From positions 2,071,405-2,135,404 of the forward strand of contig MU057640.1 in assembly GCA_013265495.1 (NCBI GenBank): 64,000 nucleotides of DNA. Reading direction: 5' to 3'. Made by a program: the position numbers and the translations under genes. How positions within the stretch are numbered: position 1 is the first letter of the stretch; each line of letters opens with the position of its first letter. Below are positions 60,676 to 64,000 of the stretch, one piece after another. The notes under the pieces are model-generated. The model did no database searches, had not been told where the DNA came from, and saw only the letters and a list, made by a program, of their open reading frames with translations. This DNA is from Vicugna vicugna. Its lineage: Eukaryota.

Positions 60676-62551
60676 ACTCACTGAGACCTCAGCTCATATT
60701 GGGGACCAATCATCTTTTTTGTTTGTTTGTTTCAGTATAGGTAGAGTTACTTAGAGATCCATCAAGAGGCAAGAGAAAGGCCTTGAGGTGTGGGGGTTAG
60801 GTGCTCAGAGTTGAGTAAAAGTAGGTACACAATCCATAGACAGTGCGTGCTGTGTCCGAAGAGGGAGAGAGAGGGGGCTGCGGCCTTGGAACAGTCTTGG
60901 TGCCTGTGGGCATGTTGTTCACCATGCTAATATGTTACAATGGTTGTATAATGGAGGTCAAGGTCTACTAGAAGTCAAATCTCCCACCATCTTGAGCCTC
61001 AAGGCCTCCTGGGGGTTGACTCTCTTGCCATTCTGGTGTTAATTGCTGTGTTATGCCTTGAGTGGCTGTGCCCTGCCCCCTGCCTATCTCATTCCCCCCT
61101 CAGAGATTTTACTCCCATCGTCTTCTTACAGGGCTGTAGAGGGATGATGGTCCATCTTCTGAAACTACTTCCAGGCTGAGGAGGGGCGTTGACCCTGCCT
61201 ATCAGGGAGTAAAAAACCTCTGAATGCTTAATCTAGGGGCCCCAGGAGCACGACAGCCTTTTGTTTTTGTGTCCAGAGTGCTGAGGGCAGGGGCCATCAT
61301 TTGATGTGGGACTATTATAATCCACTGTTTCCACTGACTTCTGATGAACGTTTTTAAAGATGAAGCACTTTTGTAACAACTTGACAGTCTGTAACAACAA
61401 AAAGGCTTAAAAGGCATGATTAAACATCTGTAATTGATAGAGATTTGTTTTTAATTACTAGAATTATGATTGATTATATTTAACTTAACATATTAAATAA
61501 TCCTAGTTAACTTAATATCTGAGATGTCTCAGGTTTTCTTGAAAGCATCTTAAAGTTAGCTCGGGCTACAAAGAACTTTGTTAGATATTTAAAATCTTGA
61601 TTATGTATGAAACCTTTTTTTTTTCCCCATAGTTTTTTTTTTTTTATGAAACTCTTACTGAAAACATACATCTTACTTTCCCACTGTATACTGAAATACT
61701 ACTTTAGGAGCTTTAATTGCATATATTGTCATTTTAACCCTCAAAAACCGTACATCTCTGGCAAAAACCAAGAAGCAAGCAACTGTGAATTGGCTGTCAT
61801 ATTGCCGTTTCCTGACTGGAAACTTATGTTTTAGGTTTTGTTGTTTTTTTTTTTTTCCTAGGTAGATAAACTTAGATCTGCCCAGCAATTAATGTTTTAA
61901 GATTTTATAAATGACACAGATAGTCAGTGAACTTTTTAACTTAGGTTTAAGTAGCAAAATTTGGAGAGACAATTTTAGGTAGATACTTTCAAAAGAAAAC
62001 TCCTATAGAGTTTACCCCAAATCTCTTATTTTATTTACTTTTTGAAAGTTTTTTTACATTGAGTTACTTTTTTCGTTGACAAATTTGTAACATATAGTAA
62101 AGTTTTGCTTGCCCTCTAGTAAGCCTGGGCACAACCAAAGTATTATACTTAACACTGATGTCTCTAAAGACATGTTTCTATTAATTAAACTAACAAGCTT
62201 AAGCTAGCTTCAATACCAATACCAGTGGTGAATCCTTTTAAGATAACGTGAACCTGAAATTTATTTTGGCCAGTTTTCTCTATGTTTGAGTATTTATATA
62301 AGTACTTAACTTCCTTTCAGCCGATTAAAGAGCTCCTTTACCACTTAATCATGCCAATACCATACATCTATGACATACAAACCAGACACCTTACAGTTTT
62401 CATTTTAAAATTTTAGTCATGAATCAGATATAACAAAGTAAAACCAAAAGAGGTTGGATTTAAGCTGGGGGTTTTGGCAGATAGAACAAATCAAAGTTGC
62501 CCATCTAGATGGCTAAGCCTTTTTATTAATATTTATGAAAAAGAGATAAAA

Positions 62552-62610
62552 TTTTTTTTACATTTTTTATTGATTCATAATCATTTTACAGTGTTGTGTC
62601 AAATTCCAGT
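62552..62610 (-). mobile_element. 59-bp young L1 3' terminus inserted in the ERV
   Basis: Reverse complement resembles the tail of the 59204 L1; AAAGAGATAAAA at 62540-62551 and 62611-62622. Confidence 0.75.
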
Positions 62611-63199
62611 AAAGAGATAAAAATTTTTACCTGTCCTTCGCAAATTAAGTTCCAAATTATTTATAAACCCCCCCCACTTTTTTTTTTTAATTTGCATTTT
62701 TCAAAGATGGTGAGATCAGAGTTCCTGGAGAAGACAAGGTAGAATATTTGTATCTCCAAGGCATAGGAAAGCAAGTTTCTCCTAGAAAGACTGTTCTTTA
62801 AAGGCCAGAAAAAACTCTCTTTAAATACTTGTCTAGTAAGATAAATACATAGGGGAGGTTTGGGGTGTGGTAGAAGGATTGCTGGGCTTTGTATCCTTTT
62901 TGGAGCCACACCTCTGGTCCTGTAAAGACTAAATTTGTAAAACAAAGACAGCTTAGTTTTGGTTTTCCTCATTTAGCTTAGGGAAGACTTTTCCAAAAAA
63001 TTTTTATTAGGCTCCAAATATTAGCTATGGTCAGTTTAGTCCAACCGACGGCCTCCCATTTGGCCATCTATTTACAAACACATTTGAGGAGCCTTCCTGG
63101 GTTTGAGAAGTTTTTTGATTAAGGCTCTTGGTTTGGCCTTAATCTGAAGAGCCTTGCCTGTAGCCTCACATGGTCCCATTTCTGATGATAAGCTGACAA

Positions 63200-64000
63200 T
63201 AGTAGCTCTGGCAGGGACCCCAGTTTCCCAGGCAGCAGGGTTGACTTGAGAATCAATATGGGGTGGAAGGGAGAGCTCTTCTGGCTTGGGACTGAGGCAG
63301 GCCCTCAAAGCCAAGAGTAGACATTCTGGGGGGTGCATGTCTTTCCTGTAAGGGTCTTTGAATTGGATTACTTCTTGGGATTTACTGAGCAAGTAGGTCC
63401 CTTCCCAATGAGGGGACGGGGCACTCAGCCACCAGCAAAAACTCCTGTGTAAAAGTCAATTTTTAGTAAGCACCTTGTTTGGGGTCTTCTATTGATCCCC
63501 GTTATTACACAGGATTGAGAGGACAAGGGTCCAGGGAAATCAGTCAGCACAGAGCAGGTGACTCCCTTATCTAATAAGACAACTTTTCTCCCTGCCACGT
63601 CAAGGGTTCCCCAAGGCTCTGCTGGAGAAATGACCCGGTGTCCTGTGGGAGCCAGGGACGGTCCCGGGCCCCGTCAGTCTTTAGTCATCTCAGCTGTCAT
63701 TGGTTTGGGAGCCCCAAGCCCCCTTCAGGACTGGGGGCAGTCCTGCTTCCAGTGGCCTTTTTGTTTGCATATAGGGCAGGGTCCTGGTGGACTTTTCCTG
63801 TACATGGGGCATTTTTTTTTTCAGTGGCCCTCCTGGCTGTACTTAAAACAGGTTCCTTTTTGGCGTGACAGTGGCTCTGATGCAGGCATCCTGGATCCTG
63901 TCCTCGCCATGGGTCTTGGTGGAGGAAAACTCTGAGGTGGTGCGGAGATGTAGGCTGTCGCTAAGAATTGTGCCTTTTGCTGTTGTCCCTGAACACTTTT
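63200..64000 (-). pseudogene. Degenerate retroviral gag (NC) - pro - start of pol
   Basis: Manual translation: CFKYSQEGH*KKKC (63850-63809), [14 protein letters not shown] (63778-63737), KD*RGPG, EPWGTLDVAGRKVVLLDKGVTCSVL, EFLLVAECPVPSLGRDLL, QVNPAAWETGVPARA; contains stops and frameshifts. Confidence 0.88.

Larger units (their letters stand above)
58780..60714 (+). mobile_element. ERV internal 3' end, PPT and 3' LTR (LTR from ~59114), disrupted by L1 and a minisatellite
   Basis: 'ccagatcagcaggaagtag...ccccaagatttggggtc' then purine tract AGAAGGGAGAA (59103-59113); left boundary uncertain. Confidence 0.5.
60715..64000 (-). mobile_element. Defective class I (HERV-W/ERV9/HERV-H-like) endogenous retrovirus: gag-pro-pol stub, non-coding interior, PPT, truncated 3' LTR; continues beyond the window
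   Basis: PPT GAGGGGGGAA (61101-61092) then TG LTR start at 61091; retroviral protein motifs at 63200-63860. Confidence 0.85.

Noticed and set aside
63558..63935. Plus-strand 125-aa ORF
   Set aside because: Antisense to the real, degenerate gag-pro frame

Overview
Mammalian (very likely camelid) genomic DNA, not prokaryotic. The + strand carries the last nine coding exons of MAP3K9 (MLK1), from the end of the kinase domain through the leucine zippers, CRIB motif and Ser/Pro-rich tail (7885-24094). All introns are GT-AG with consistent phases. A ~7.8 kb 3'UTR ends at an AATAAA at 31875. The rest (~32-64 kb) is intergenic and repeat-rich: L1, L2, MIR, MLT1, MER20, Charlie, tRNA-derived camelid-type SINEs and solo LTRs, plus one strong CTCF motif. 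The most unusual region is 58.8-64 kb, a nested retroelement stack. It contains (i) a palindromic ~60-68 bp minisatellite that grades from GC-rich to TA-rich while both hairpin arms change together, and (ii) a minus-strand class I ERV. That ERV has two Gag zinc knuckles, an in-frame UGA gag/pro junction, a dead protease and no pol/env, and its 3' LTR ends in an A-rich tail, suggesting an L1-made processed copy of an ERV transcript. Repeat family names come from recalled consensus resemblance, not from a database search.
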